In this document: positions 18,642 to 26,813 of the stretch, in pieces
Layout: each line of letters begins with the position of its first letter
Position numbering within the stretch: the first letter of the stretch is position 1
NCBI RefSeq assembly: GCF_000020025.1
Contig: NC_010628.1
Coordinates: forward strand, 840,001-872,000
Origin: Nostoc punctiforme PCC 73102
GTDB taxonomy: Bacteria; Cyanobacteriota; Cyanobacteriia; Cyanobacteriales; Nostocaceae
Direction of reading: 5' to 3'
DNA: 32,000 nt
The notes under the pieces: model-generated
What the model saw: only the letters and a program-made list of their open reading frames with translations
Told to the model about the DNA's origin: nothing
The model's database searches: none
Translations under genes and position numbers: made by a program

Positions 18642-18893
18642 TTATCTATATATATAGCGAGCAGGTATCCACTGCTGACCACGATTTGTTCGCACCCAAC
18701 GTCCAGGAACCAATATCCTCCTTCTCGCTTGAACAGGGGTATAAACCCTAACTGGCGCTGGTTTTTTGATTATTCTAACTGGAGTATGCCGCCTAACTGG
18801 TGGTCTGATTTGAGCATCAGCTTGGGAAGGGATAAAGGTAACAGCAATTGGTAAAATCAGTGCTGCGCTAGCAAGAATTCGCTTAATATTCAT
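18642..18893 (-). CDS. Small secreted, highly basic Pro/Arg-rich protein with a single PGxW...W motif
   Basis: The first ATG is at 18893 (the track ORF starts at an upstream TTG). The signal peptide is MNIKRILASAALILPIAVTFIPSQADA|Q. The ~57-aa mature part has 15 Arg/Lys, no Asp/Glu and repeated xPVR(R/I/V) units, and it ends VPGRWVRTNRGQQWIPARYIYR. Confidence 0.6.
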   Translation of the reverse strand: MNIKRILASAALILPIAVTFIPSQADAQIRPPVRRHTPVRIIKKPAPVRVYTPVQARRRILVPGRWVRTNRGQQWIPARYIYR

Positions 18894-19174
18894 TGTCAAA
18901 TCTTTCTTCTATGATTTAGACATCAAATAGATTAAATTCAATTCAAAGTTTTATCTATTTGATAACCAAATAATAGCACTTGAAATAGCTATTCACTAGT
19001 GAAAAAGGTAACTAGCTTAACCCTGACTAATGTCATGATTAAAAAAAATTAAAAATGGCTAGTCTATGAGTTTTGATAGAATATTTAGTCTCAGTATCTA
19101 ATTTAAAAGTCAAAGATTTCGATGTTTATGGCAGTGCATAATCTATGGTTATTGCAACTCAACTTTGCCACCTG

Positions 19175-19203
19175 AAAAAAAAGGACGGGCACAATACCCA
19201 TCC
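19175..19203 (-). terminator. Intrinsic terminator of the htrA-like gene
   Basis: The minus-strand RNA is GGAUGGG-UAUUGUG-CCCGUCC (7 bp including one G-U), followed directly by 8 U (A-run 19175-19182 on plus). It starts 38 nt after the stop codon. Confidence 0.72.
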
Positions 19204-19240
19204 GAGAAAATTCCCTGTTAATCAATTGATAGTCAAACTT

Positions 19241-20503
19241 TTATTGCACTTGCGTGGGGAAAGCACCAGGTTGCACAGCTATGTTAAGATTCTGCCCATT
19301 GCGACGTAATTCCATACGTAAATCGCCCCCGATTTGGCTATTTTCTACTACCTTTTGGACACTGTTGGCATCTGTGACTGCTTGCCCGCCAAGCTTTTGG
19401 ATAACATCACCAGCACGTATCCCTGCTTTAGCAGCTGGTGAATTTGGCACAACTTTTACAACTAATACACCTTTATCTTCATCCACACTCAAACCGCTAT
19501 TGGGATCTGAGTTGATATTTTGTTTTAGCTGAGGTGTTAACCCCACCATTTGAATTCCCAGGTAAGGATGTTCTACTTTACCTGTAGCTATTATTTGACT
19601 GGAAATGCGTTGTGCTGTGTTGATGGGAATAGCAAAGCCTAATCCTTGTGCCCCTTGGATTATAGCTGTATTCATGGCAATTACTTGACCACGGGAATTT
19701 AGTAGGGGACCGCCGGAGTTACCGGGGTTAATAGCTGCATCAGTTTGAATATACTCTACTCGCTTATCAGCAGCGCCGATTAGATTGCTACTGCGTCCGG
19801 TAGCACTAATGATTCCGGTAGTTACTGTATTATCTAGTCCAAGGGGGTTGCCGATCGCGATCGCCCATTCTCCCGGTTGCAGTTGATCTGAGTTACCCAA
19901 TGCTACTAACGGCAGATTATCCGCCTGAATTTTGATCACAGCAACATCGGTCAACTCGTCTTTTCCTAACACTTTTCCTTTAAAGCTACGCCCATCTTTG
20001 AGTGTTACTGTCACTGTATCAGCACCATCGACTACATGGGCGTTGGTAAGAATACGACCATCAGCACTAATAATAAAACCTGAACCAGTACCTCGTTCTA
20101 CCCGATTCTGTTGTTCTGGCATTTGAGAGCCAAAGAAACGTTGGAAAAATGGATCGTTAAATTCATTTGGTATCTGACTTTTTACGGTTCGGGAAGAATC
20201 AATTCGTACTACAGCCGGCCCGACCTTTTGCACAACTTGGGTAACAAAGTTAGGATCTGTGGCAGCTGATAATGGAGGAGCGGCATTTACTCGACTCGCT
20301 GCCAAATTAGATGCACTCTCAGACACCTGCTGAGAATGTCCAGCCATGTAGCCACCTGCCAATGTCATACCTGATCCCAGCAGCACCAGCGATAGAGAGG
20401 CGGCAGCCTTTTTCCAGGGTGCTTGATTATGGTATTTGGTGTCAGCAGTGTTGGATAAAATGCTATTTGATGGGTGTTCTCCATCACGAGATTGGTTTTG
20501 CAT
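19241..20503 (-). CDS. HtrA/DegP-family periplasmic serine protease (trypsin-like domain + PDZ)
   Basis: 420 aa with an N-terminal TM/signal segment. The catalytic triad context is TNAHVV, DVAVIKI and GNSGGPLL. The C-terminal PDZ contains [24 protein letters not shown]. Confidence 0.9.
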   Translation of the reverse strand: MQNQSRDGEHPSNSILSNTADTKYHNQAPWKKAAASLSLVLLGSGMTLAGGYMAGHSQQVSESASNLAASRVNAAPPLSAATDPNFVTQVVQKVGPAVVRIDSSRTVKSQIPNEFNDPFFQRFFGSQMPEQQNRVERGTGSGFIISADGRILTNAHVVDGADTVTVTLKDGRSFKGKVLGKDELTDVAVIKIQADNLPLVALGNSDQLQPGEWAIAIGNPLGLDNTVTTGIISATGRSSNLIGAADKRVEYIQTDAAINPGNSGGPLLNSRGQVIAMNTAIIQGAQGLGFAIPINTAQRISSQIIATGKVEHPYLGIQMVGLTPQLKQNINSDPNSGLSVDEDKGVLVVKVVPNSPAAKAGIRAGDVIQKLGGQAVTDANSVQKVVENSQIGGDLRMELRRNGQNLNIAVQPGAFPTQVQ

Positions 20504-20746
20504 TGCTGTCTGGAAGGATATTTAAAGGATATTTAGATGTATTACTAATGTAGATATGATTTGTGACAGTTTTGTTGCAGAGGTATTGCGTTGTTGTGAA
20601 AGCTTTGGTATTTTACTAAACCTTATTGGAATATACTCATTCGTAGGGTTACACAGTTGTCATGCTTGTCAACTTAGAGCCAGAGCGGTTTCTAACCAAC
20701 AATTTTACGTTAAGTTGACTGCATGTTTTATACCATGTGTGAAGGA

Positions 20747-21649
20747 ATGAAAATGCCACAGGGGAAAATCTTACTGAAACCTGGCACTTTATGGAAAAGT
20801 GTTAAAGAACGAACTGAACATGCTTTGCAATGTGGGGCGTTACTGTCGATTCCGACAGAATTTGAATTTATCGAACAGGATGGCATACGCTTTTTAGTGC
20901 GGATTTTGTCTAATCTGAATCGTAAAAAAGCAGCTAAGGAGAAACAGGAAAAACAATCTGTTGTCTCTGGTCAAGAATTTAATCCTTTTTTGCCTTATGA
21001 AGAGGATTTATTTGTGGCGGATATCTCTGATACTCATGTATGTATTTTAAATAAATATAATGTTGTCGATCGCCATCTGCTAATCATCACCCGTGCCTTC
21101 GAGGAACAGGAAAGTTTACTGACTCTGGAAGATTTTGCCGCTATGTGGGCGTGTTTAGCTGATTTCGATGGTTTAGCATTTTACAACAGTGGCAAAAGTG
21201 CAGGTGCTAGTCAGCGACACAAACACTTACAGTTAGTTCCACTACCACTTGTACCTTCAGGACCGCAGATACCTATTGAACCTCTACTGAAGGCAGGACA
21301 ATTTCAGGAAGCGAACGTAACTTTAGCAAAACTTCCTTTTGTAAATGCTTTTGCGCCGCTAAATCCTGATTGGATGCGATCGCCATTTACAGCAGCCCAA
21401 GCAACACTAGAAGTTTATCGCAGTTTGCTAGGGGCTGTGGGTTTAGATGCAAAGCAATTGGGTGCTTACAATCTACTAGCGACACGAGAATGGATGTTGA
21501 TCGTACCGCGATCGCAGGAGCATTTTGAGTCTATCTCTGTGAATTCATTAGGATTCGCTGGTACTTTGCTAGTGCGAAACGCAGCAGAAATGGAAATTCT
21601 CAAAGCCCAAGGGCCGATGACTATCCTCAAGAATGTTGCTATATCCTAA
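20747..21649 (+). CDS. ATP adenylyltransferase / Ap4A phosphorylase-like HIT-superfamily protein
   Basis: About 300 aa. Motifs are NPFLPYEEDLFV, NKYNVVDRHLLIIT and the HIT-like histidine motif QRHKHLQLVP. The start is ambiguous (ATG at 20723, 20747 or 20753; GAAGGA at 20741-20746 favours 20753). Confidence 0.72.
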   Translation: MKMPQGKILLKPGTLWKSVKERTEHALQCGALLSIPTEFEFIEQDGIRFLVRILSNLNRKKAAKEKQEKQSVVSGQEFNPFLPYEEDLFVADISDTHVCILNKYNVVDRHLLIITRAFEEQESLLTLEDFAAMWACLADFDGLAFYNSGKSAGASQRHKHLQLVPLPLVPSGPQIPIEPLLKAGQFQEANVTLAKLPFVNAFAPLNPDWMRSPFTAAQATLEVYRSLLGAVGLDAKQLGAYNLLATREWMLIVPRSQEHFESISVNSLGFAGTLLVRNAAEMEILKAQGPMTILKNVAIS

Positions 21650-21690
21650 TATTGATTAGTCATTTGTCCAATATTAAATTTGTGAAGCCT

Positions 21691-22458
21691 CTACTTGACG
21701 ACTGTTAATTTTCTCTCTAGATCGAATAAGAAGCCGTGGATATATTCTTCAGTCCATTCGGCACCATAGAAGCGTTTAAACATCCCTCGTGCTGGGTCTT
21801 TTTCAGCCCGATATCGTAGATATCGCAGTTGGGCTTGCTTAATGGCTACTAAATTTTGGGAATCTGTTACAGCTTCTGCCTGCTCTACGAAATCTAGATA
21901 AGCTTTTAAATAGTCTTTGAAAGCGGCAAACACCTGAGTTTCTACTACAGCCGTTTCTTGGGGACGAGTCCACAGAAAAGCGGGAGAGAAAAAGGGCTGT
22001 GCTTCTTCTGGGAAATCTCCTCCCCAAGATAGATGCTGTTGATGGGCGTGGAAAATAGGCAGAATTGGTTCAGTATATTTTGCCTGATATGCTGAATCAT
22101 CCCGAAATAGGGGCTGCATATCCAAAGCAATTAGGTGTCCTCCTGGTAATGTCACCAGATCCGCCCCAAAAAAGGGTAAATCGTAGTTGAGGTGGGGGAA
22201 AATCACAAAATTCAGCACTTGTAGCGAATTACCACCCTGGACATGAGCTGCACGAATTTGGCGCAATTTTGCGGTTTGAAAGGCGTAACTAGTGGTGACA
22301 ACTTCTTCTTGATTTTTGCCCTTGCCCACAACAGCACTGTTGGACTCAAACCCAGTGGGGATGGGATAGGGTTCTAAATCCAAGCGCGATCGCATGTAGG
22401 CGATCGCATAATCGAGAAATGGCTGATACAGTGTCACGTCGCTTCGCTCCGAATTCAT
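21691..22458 (-). CDS. pebB: Phycoerythrobilin:ferredoxin oxidoreductase
   Basis: 255 aa from the ATG at 22458 ([17 protein letters not shown]...). It has the ferredoxin-dependent bilin reductase fold pattern ([17 protein letters not shown]...LDMQP) and sits second in a pebA-pebB pair. The track ORF's 5 extra codons start at TTG inside a heptamer repeat. Confidence 0.85.
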   Translation of the reverse strand: MNSERSDVTLYQPFLDYAIAYMRSRLDLEPYPIPTGFESNSAVVGKGKNQEEVVTTSYAFQTAKLRQIRAAHVQGGNSLQVLNFVIFPHLNYDLPFFGADLVTLPGGHLIALDMQPLFRDDSAYQAKYTEPILPIFHAHQQHLSWGGDFPEEAQPFFSPAFLWTRPQETAVVETQVFAAFKDYLKAYLDFVEQAEAVTDSQNLVAIKQAQLRYLRYRAEKDPARGMFKRFYGAEWTEEYIHGFLFDLERKLTVVK

Positions 22459-22461
22459 AAT

Positions 22462-22489
22462 CCCAATGCCCAATGCCCAATGCCCAATT
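22462..22489. repeat. STRR-type heptamer array (CCCAATG)x3 + CCCAATT filling the pebA-pebB spacer
   Basis: Direct reading gives cccaatg cccaatg cccaatg cccaatt. The whole 35-nt intercistronic gap (22459-22493) is essentially this repeat. Confidence 0.95.
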
Positions 22490-22493
22490 CCTG

Positions 22494-23228
22494 TTATCTT
22501 TTACTTGCACTAACTGCTAGAGGAACGGCATCTTCAAATAAGAACTCATGAAGAAAACGCTCCGCCCATTCATGACCAAAGTAACTGCTAAACAAACCAG
22601 ATGCTGGATCTCGGTCTGCACTATATTGGTCATAGTCTTTTTGGGCTTTGACAATCCGTTGGATATCTTCTGGATCGTGAAGCGCTTGGGCATCTGCTAG
22701 CATTTGCCAATACAAGTTTAAATAATCTTGAAAAGCTTCAAAGACTCGCGTTGAAACTGTTTCAGCATCTGTTTTGGCAAACAAGAGGTACTTAGAAAAA
22801 TACTGGTTGGCATCGTAAAACTTCATTTCTAAGTTTTGCGCCAAATCCGGGTATTTATTATGGAGATATTTTAGCGGAGCTATATATTTGTTTTGATAAT
22901 CTTCATCCTGGAACAAAGGCTGAAAGTCAAGCACAATTAGATTTTTGACTTTGCCAAAGGATAAAAAATCAATCCCTAACAGAGGTAAATCGTAGTTATG
23001 ACTAGGATAAACCACGCTGTTAAAAATTTGGGCGCTTTCCCCGGCATCAATATAGGTATAGCGAATTTTCCGCAACTCTTGAGATTGGTAACACCAACTG
23101 CGAATAGTTGCAGGGTTTCTGCCGCGATCGCTAACTTTGAATTCCAAACCAGGGGGAATGACCCTACTTTGTAAATCAAAGCGCTGAAATAGCTCTTTTT
23201 CTAAAAATTCCAGGAAAGGTTTATACAT
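22494..23228 (-). CDS. pebA: 15,16-dihydrobiliverdin:ferredoxin oxidoreductase
   Basis: 244 aa from the ATG at 23228 ([17 protein letters not shown]...). It has bilin-reductase family blocks ([20 protein letters not shown]...LDFQP) and sits first in the pebAB pair. The 36 extra N-terminal codons in the track ORF run through a repeat and are rejected. Confidence 0.85.
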   Translation of the reverse strand: MYKPFLEFLEKELFQRFDLQSRVIPPGLEFKVSDRGRNPATIRSWCYQSQELRKIRYTYIDAGESAQIFNSVVYPSHNYDLPLLGIDFLSFGKVKNLIVLDFQPLFQDEDYQNKYIAPLKYLHNKYPDLAQNLEMKFYDANQYFSKYLLFAKTDAETVSTRVFEAFQDYLNLYWQMLADAQALHDPEDIQRIVKAQKDYDQYSADRDPASGLFSSYFGHEWAERFLHEFLFEDAVPLAVSASKR

Positions 23229-23313
23229 GGAACATGATTTGTTAACCCTTGCATGAAAATAAGTGATGGCAATCATACACGTCTCATTTATGAGAAACAA
23301 AGCAACATTCCTT

Positions 23314-23396
23314 AATGGGGATTGGGAATTGAGCATTGGGTATTCTTTCTTAATTCCCTATTCCCCATTCCCCATTCCCCATTCCCCATTCCCTAC
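23314..23396. repeat. Inverted STRR heptamer arrays (AATGGGG/ATTGGGA... facing (TTCCCCA)x4) forming a potential long stem-loop
   Basis: The left arm 23314-23340 is aatggggattgggaattgagcattggg. The right arm 23352-23396 is aattccctattccccattccccattccccattccccattccctac. It lies in the 167-nt spacer between the CpcS/U-type lyase gene and pebA. Confidence 0.9.
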
Positions 23397-23947
23397 TAAC
23401 GCCTAGCATGATTCTGAGCGATCATTTGCTCTAGCAGTTCTTGGGAAACACAGCGACGTTCAGAACAATAAGCCATTAAGTTGACACCGTTCATCATTCG
23501 CACGGTACTAACCCTGACACGAAAATCATCAGTAATAAACCAACAACGTTCTTGACCTTGGTTATTGTCATAGTCAGTATCAATCGTCAGCACTCCATCA
23601 TCGGCAAACCGATACTGGCTGACAACGGGAATGCTCTCAACATAGCCTTGGTTACGGATCAGTTTTCCAGAACGCCTCGTTTCGTCGGGAATATCAACCA
23701 AAATGGCAGCATTATCATTAGGTAGCCTGGTGTCTAAGTTAGCCTGCCATGCAAAACTCGCACCGCCTGTTGCTTTAGTTGGGTCTATGCCTTGGTCTTT
23801 ACAGACTTCTTGGACTTTAGGATCGTCCTTTTCCATGACTTTAACGATCAAATTCGACTGCCCAGACTCATCCGCCGCCGAGTCAAAATGGTGAACGGAA
23901 CGTTCCGTAAACCATGTACCCTCACTTTTACGGAAGAAGTCGATCAT
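23396..23947 (-). CDS. CpcS/CpeU-family (S/U-type) phycobiliprotein lyase
   Basis: 183 aa from the ATG at 23947 (MIDFFRKSEGTWFTERSVHHF...). The FFxxSxGxWxxxRxxHH start and the GKLIRNQGY...RCWFITDDFRVRVS blocks are typical of the lipocalin-like S/U lyases. An alternative ATG lies at 23971. Confidence 0.8.
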   Translation of the reverse strand: MIDFFRKSEGTWFTERSVHHFDSAADESGQSNLIVKVMEKDDPKVQEVCKDQGIDPTKATGGASFAWQANLDTRLPNDNAAILVDIPDETRRSGKLIRNQGYVESIPVVSQYRFADDGVLTIDTDYDNNQGQERCWFITDDFRVRVSTVRMMNGVNLMAYCSERRCVSQELLEQMIAQNHARR

Positions 23948-24087
23948 TGACAAGGGCGGTATTAGATGCATCTGTTTTAAAACCTCTTTTTATCAAATTT
24001 TGCCGTTATTGAATACTGAGCAATGAGATGAAGTCCCAATTTCGCTAAAGTGTAGAATAACTCCAAAAGTTATATTTTTATCAACTG

Positions 24088-24936
24088 ATGACAAATAGTG
24101 AAATTCAACTTATTACTAGCGATGCCTACGGCAACGGCTTTGCCGAACGCTCCAGTCCAACTCCAGAAATATTAAAAGCCCTCAAAGCCGGAATCCCTCT
24201 GGATTGGGTCGATTTGTACCAATTCAATCTCAAGGAAGTTGATTTACAACAAGCTAACTTGAGCAAAGCCAAGCTACTAGGAGCCGACCTCAGTGAGCTA
24301 GTCTTGAGTAATGCCGATTTGAGTGGCGCAGATTTGCGAGGCGCTAATCTGCAAGGAGCCGATTTGAGTGGGGCTAATTTGCAGGGAGCCTATTTAAACC
24401 GTGCGAACCTCCAACAAGCCAATCTCAGTGGCGCAAATTTGGAAGGAGCCAAATTGCAAGTAGCACGTTATGATGCACATACGAAATGGCCCCAAGAATA
24501 TAACTACAAAGCTTCGGGAGCTGTAGGTCCGGGTGCTAATCTCAATGGTGCTTTTCTTAACACAGCTTCTTTACGAAATGCAGATTTACAAGGTGTTAAT
24601 CTGCGTGGAGCCTACCTGAGTGGTGCTGACTTGACAGGAGCAAATTTGCAAGGTGCGGCTTTAAGTGGCGCTGATTTGACGAAAGCTTATTTGACTGGGG
24701 CTTGTTTGCGGAATGCTCGATTGACTGGAGCCGATTTGCGGGATGCAGACCTGCGAGCAACTGACCTCTGTGATGCAGAGATGGAGCATCTTCAAAGTAT
24801 CGCTGGTGCAGATTTTACTTTAGCCCAAGGACTTACAGAAGCAACTAAAGCTATGCTTAAAAGCCGCCCATATTCAGAACTTGACGTTTGGAACGCTTAC
24901 ACTCGCACAACAACTCGTGAGAGTTTGAGTGCTTGA
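24088..24936 (+). CDS. Pentapeptide-repeat protein
   Basis: 282 aa. Two blocks of A(D/N)LxG-type pentapeptides (ADLSGADLRGANLQGADLSGANLQGAYLNRANLQQANLSGANLEGAKL, then a second block) are separated by a ~35-aa linker. Confidence 0.92.
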   Translation: MTNSEIQLITSDAYGNGFAERSSPTPEILKALKAGIPLDWVDLYQFNLKEVDLQQANLSKAKLLGADLSELVLSNADLSGADLRGANLQGADLSGANLQGAYLNRANLQQANLSGANLEGAKLQVARYDAHTKWPQEYNYKASGAVGPGANLNGAFLNTASLRNADLQGVNLRGAYLSGADLTGANLQGAALSGADLTKAYLTGACLRNARLTGADLRDADLRATDLCDAEMEHLQSIAGADFTLAQGLTEATKAMLKSRPYSELDVWNAYTRTTTRESLSA

Positions 24937-25121
24937 TCGTGGCAATTTTAGATTTTAGATTTGGGATATCAATATCAAGTTCGCTTAATTACTTGATAAT
25001 TCAAAACTCTCCGCGTCAGCCGTCATTAGAAGTACTTATCCGAATATGGTATGAGTGCAAGCCGTGCTCCTAGTGGGCTAAATAAATCTAAAATCCAAAA
25101 TTTTTTTGTTCTGTTGTGACT

Positions 25122-25322
25122 TTACAACAGTTGCCAGTTCTTTTTTAAGAGTGCTAAAAACGTAGCGTATCCTTCAGAAAAACCCGGTGGATCGGGTAAA
25201 GCATATTGGGGAAATTCTTTATACGATCGCCAGGCTTCCGAAGCTTTATGTCGCAAATGTAAAGCAGATTCTGAGGAACCTGGTGGTCGCCAAGTCATTT
25301 GACCAGTTTGTATCTCAGTCAC
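25122..25322 (-). CDS. Candidate small protein (66 aa), unknown function
   Basis: GTG start preceded by GAGGAGG (25334-25328) with a 5-nt spacer. Codon choice is Nostoc-like (CAA, TTA, AAA, GAA). The sequence is non-repetitive and W/P-rich, and it lies 146 nt downstream of the HEAT-repeat gene on the same strand. Confidence 0.42.
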   Translation of the reverse strand: MTEIQTGQMTWRPPGSSESALHLRHKASEAWRSYKEFPQYALPDPPGFSEGYATFLALLKKNWQLL

Positions 25323-25468
25323 AAATGCCTCCTCATCTCGAAAAAGTTGATCTTTTCTTCCAGATTTTGGCAGATTACCCGGATATTTTGGTCAAATTTA
25401 AGGTAAAAAAACATTTTGCCTATTGTTGAAATAAATCTTATCACAAGATTCGGCACAAACCCACATCG

Positions 25469-26131
25469 CTATTGTGGCAACAAGTCTTCTAAAGCAGCTC
25501 CGACAACTCGGTGATCCTCATCCTGTCTAAGTTGGTTCAGGGCTGCTTTTGCTTCCGGCTCGTCAAAGCGCTTGAGGGCATAGCTAACTCGCACGCGCAT
25601 CCGCCAAGATTCATCATTCACTAACGTTAGTATTTGGGATAGTGCCGCAGTATGTTGGCTAGAATCAGCTAGTAAACTGAGTCCATCAACAGAGGATTCC
25701 TGAACTGTGAAATCTTCATCTTTTAAACCTTGAACGCAGATATCGAATAGCTCTTCAGGACAATTCATTTCAGCGATCGCAGCTAAAATACTCCGCTTAA
25801 CTAGCCAATGGTCATCTTGATAAAATGCCATAACTAGATGAGAAACTGCGACTCTACCAAATAGTGACAAAGAATTGGCCGCCTCAGCTCGCACGTTGGG
25901 GGTATCGTCAAATTTCATAATTTGCATCAAAGCAGCAAAGGATTCTGCTGATTGTTGATTACCCAAACCCCTGGTTACAAAAGAACGCACCAAAAATTCT
26001 GAGTCATGAAGTTTACTTGCTAAAAGAGGAACTGCAACTTCTGATTCATAATCATTGAGGGCTGCGATCGCCTTCAAACGAGAGTGAAAATCCGGGTTCT
26101 TCAGTTCAGTTTGGATTTGATCGATTTCCAT
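25469..26131 (-). CDS. HEAT-repeat protein of the phycobilisome-lyase E/F clan (CpeZ/NblB-like)
   Basis: 220 aa. It has about five HEAT-like repeats with the recurring (D/N)xxxxVRxxAaxaLg pattern (e.g. DSEFLVRSFVTRGLG, TPNVRAEAANSLSL, SWRMRVRVSYALKRF, DHRVVGAALEDL). Its size is similar to CpeZ. Confidence 0.78.
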   Translation of the reverse strand: MEIDQIQTELKNPDFHSRLKAIAALNDYESEVAVPLLASKLHDSEFLVRSFVTRGLGNQQSAESFAALMQIMKFDDTPNVRAEAANSLSLFGRVAVSHLVMAFYQDDHWLVKRSILAAIAEMNCPEELFDICVQGLKDEDFTVQESSVDGLSLLADSSQHTAALSQILTLVNDESWRMRVRVSYALKRFDEPEAKAALNQLRQDEDHRVVGAALEDLLPQ

Positions 26132-26231
26132 AGGTGCATTTGGTAGAGCTATCTTTACTTTATTTTACAGATGTCAAAAAATAGCGATCGCATTTGGGAA
26201 GATTTAACGCAATACCCTAAACTCTTAACCA

Positions 26232-26813
26232 ATGACTCAATTAAGCGAAACCGTCAAAGAATTAATCGCCAAAGCTAGAATTATTAGCTTTGCTGAGTGG
26301 GATAAGTCTCATACCAAAGCAGCGATCGCCATATTTCAAGCTGCGGATGATGCTTTTCGTTATCTGAGCGACGAAGATTTATTACAGATTCAAACCAAGT
26401 CATCCGATAATTCTGAGTTGATTCCTGTTGCTGTGTTGTTACGCGATCGCGCCGCCGAAATTGTTGATGAAGCTAGAGAGCAGGTTTTGACGACCTATCC
26501 TGAAATTATCCAGCCTGGAGGTGGTCTTTATCCACCTGAACGCGCCCAAGCTTGCTGGCGAGATTTTTGGCATTTTCTCCGTTGTATTACTTATGGCATA
26601 GCAGGTGGACACGCTGACTATACAAATCCCACAGGACTGCACTATATGAACTTACTCTATCAGGAATTACAAGTTCCATTAGATGCAATGCTCTTAGGTT
26701 TAAAAAGCATTAAAGCTGCTAGTTTGAAACGCTGTCCAGCCAATCAGCAAGAAATTCTTAATCCTTATTTTGACCATTTAATCACCCAACTGGATACTTT
26801 TCAAGTTCGGTAA
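26232..26813 (+). CDS. Orphan phycobiliprotein-family (globin-fold) paralogue with an N-terminal extension
   Basis: 193 aa. By eye it is collinear with allophycocyanin/phycocyanin subunits: FRYLSDEDLLQIQ (cf. ARYLSPGELDRIK), PEIIQPGGGLY, QACWRDFWHFLRCITYGIAGG (cf. xxCLRDxxYYLRxxTYGxxxGD), YQELQVPLDA and YFDHLI. Confidence 0.8.
   Translation: MTQLSETVKELIAKARIISFAEWDKSHTKAAIAIFQAADDAFRYLSDEDLLQIQTKSSDNSELIPVAVLLRDRAAEIVDEAREQVLTTYPEIIQPGGGLYPPERAQACWRDFWHFLRCITYGIAGGHADYTNPTGLHYMNLLYQELQVPLDAMLLGLKSIKAASLKRCPANQQEILNPYFDHLITQLDTFQVR

Noticed and set aside
22459-23336. Track N-terminal extensions of pebB (to 22473) and pebA (to 23336), and internal antisense-frame ORFs 21839-22027, 21945-22130 and 22976-23179.
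   Set aside because: The extensions start at TTG or run through heptamer repeats. Family-typical N-termini begin at the ATGs at 22458 and 23228. The internal ORFs are alternative-frame shadows.
25187-25429. 80-aa plus-strand ORF overlapping the 66-aa minus-strand ORF.
   Set aside because: It has a GTG start without an SD. Its codon usage is dominated by AAG, CAG, AGG and CTT, which are disfavoured in the surrounding genes. The opposite-strand frame has the better start context and codon usage.
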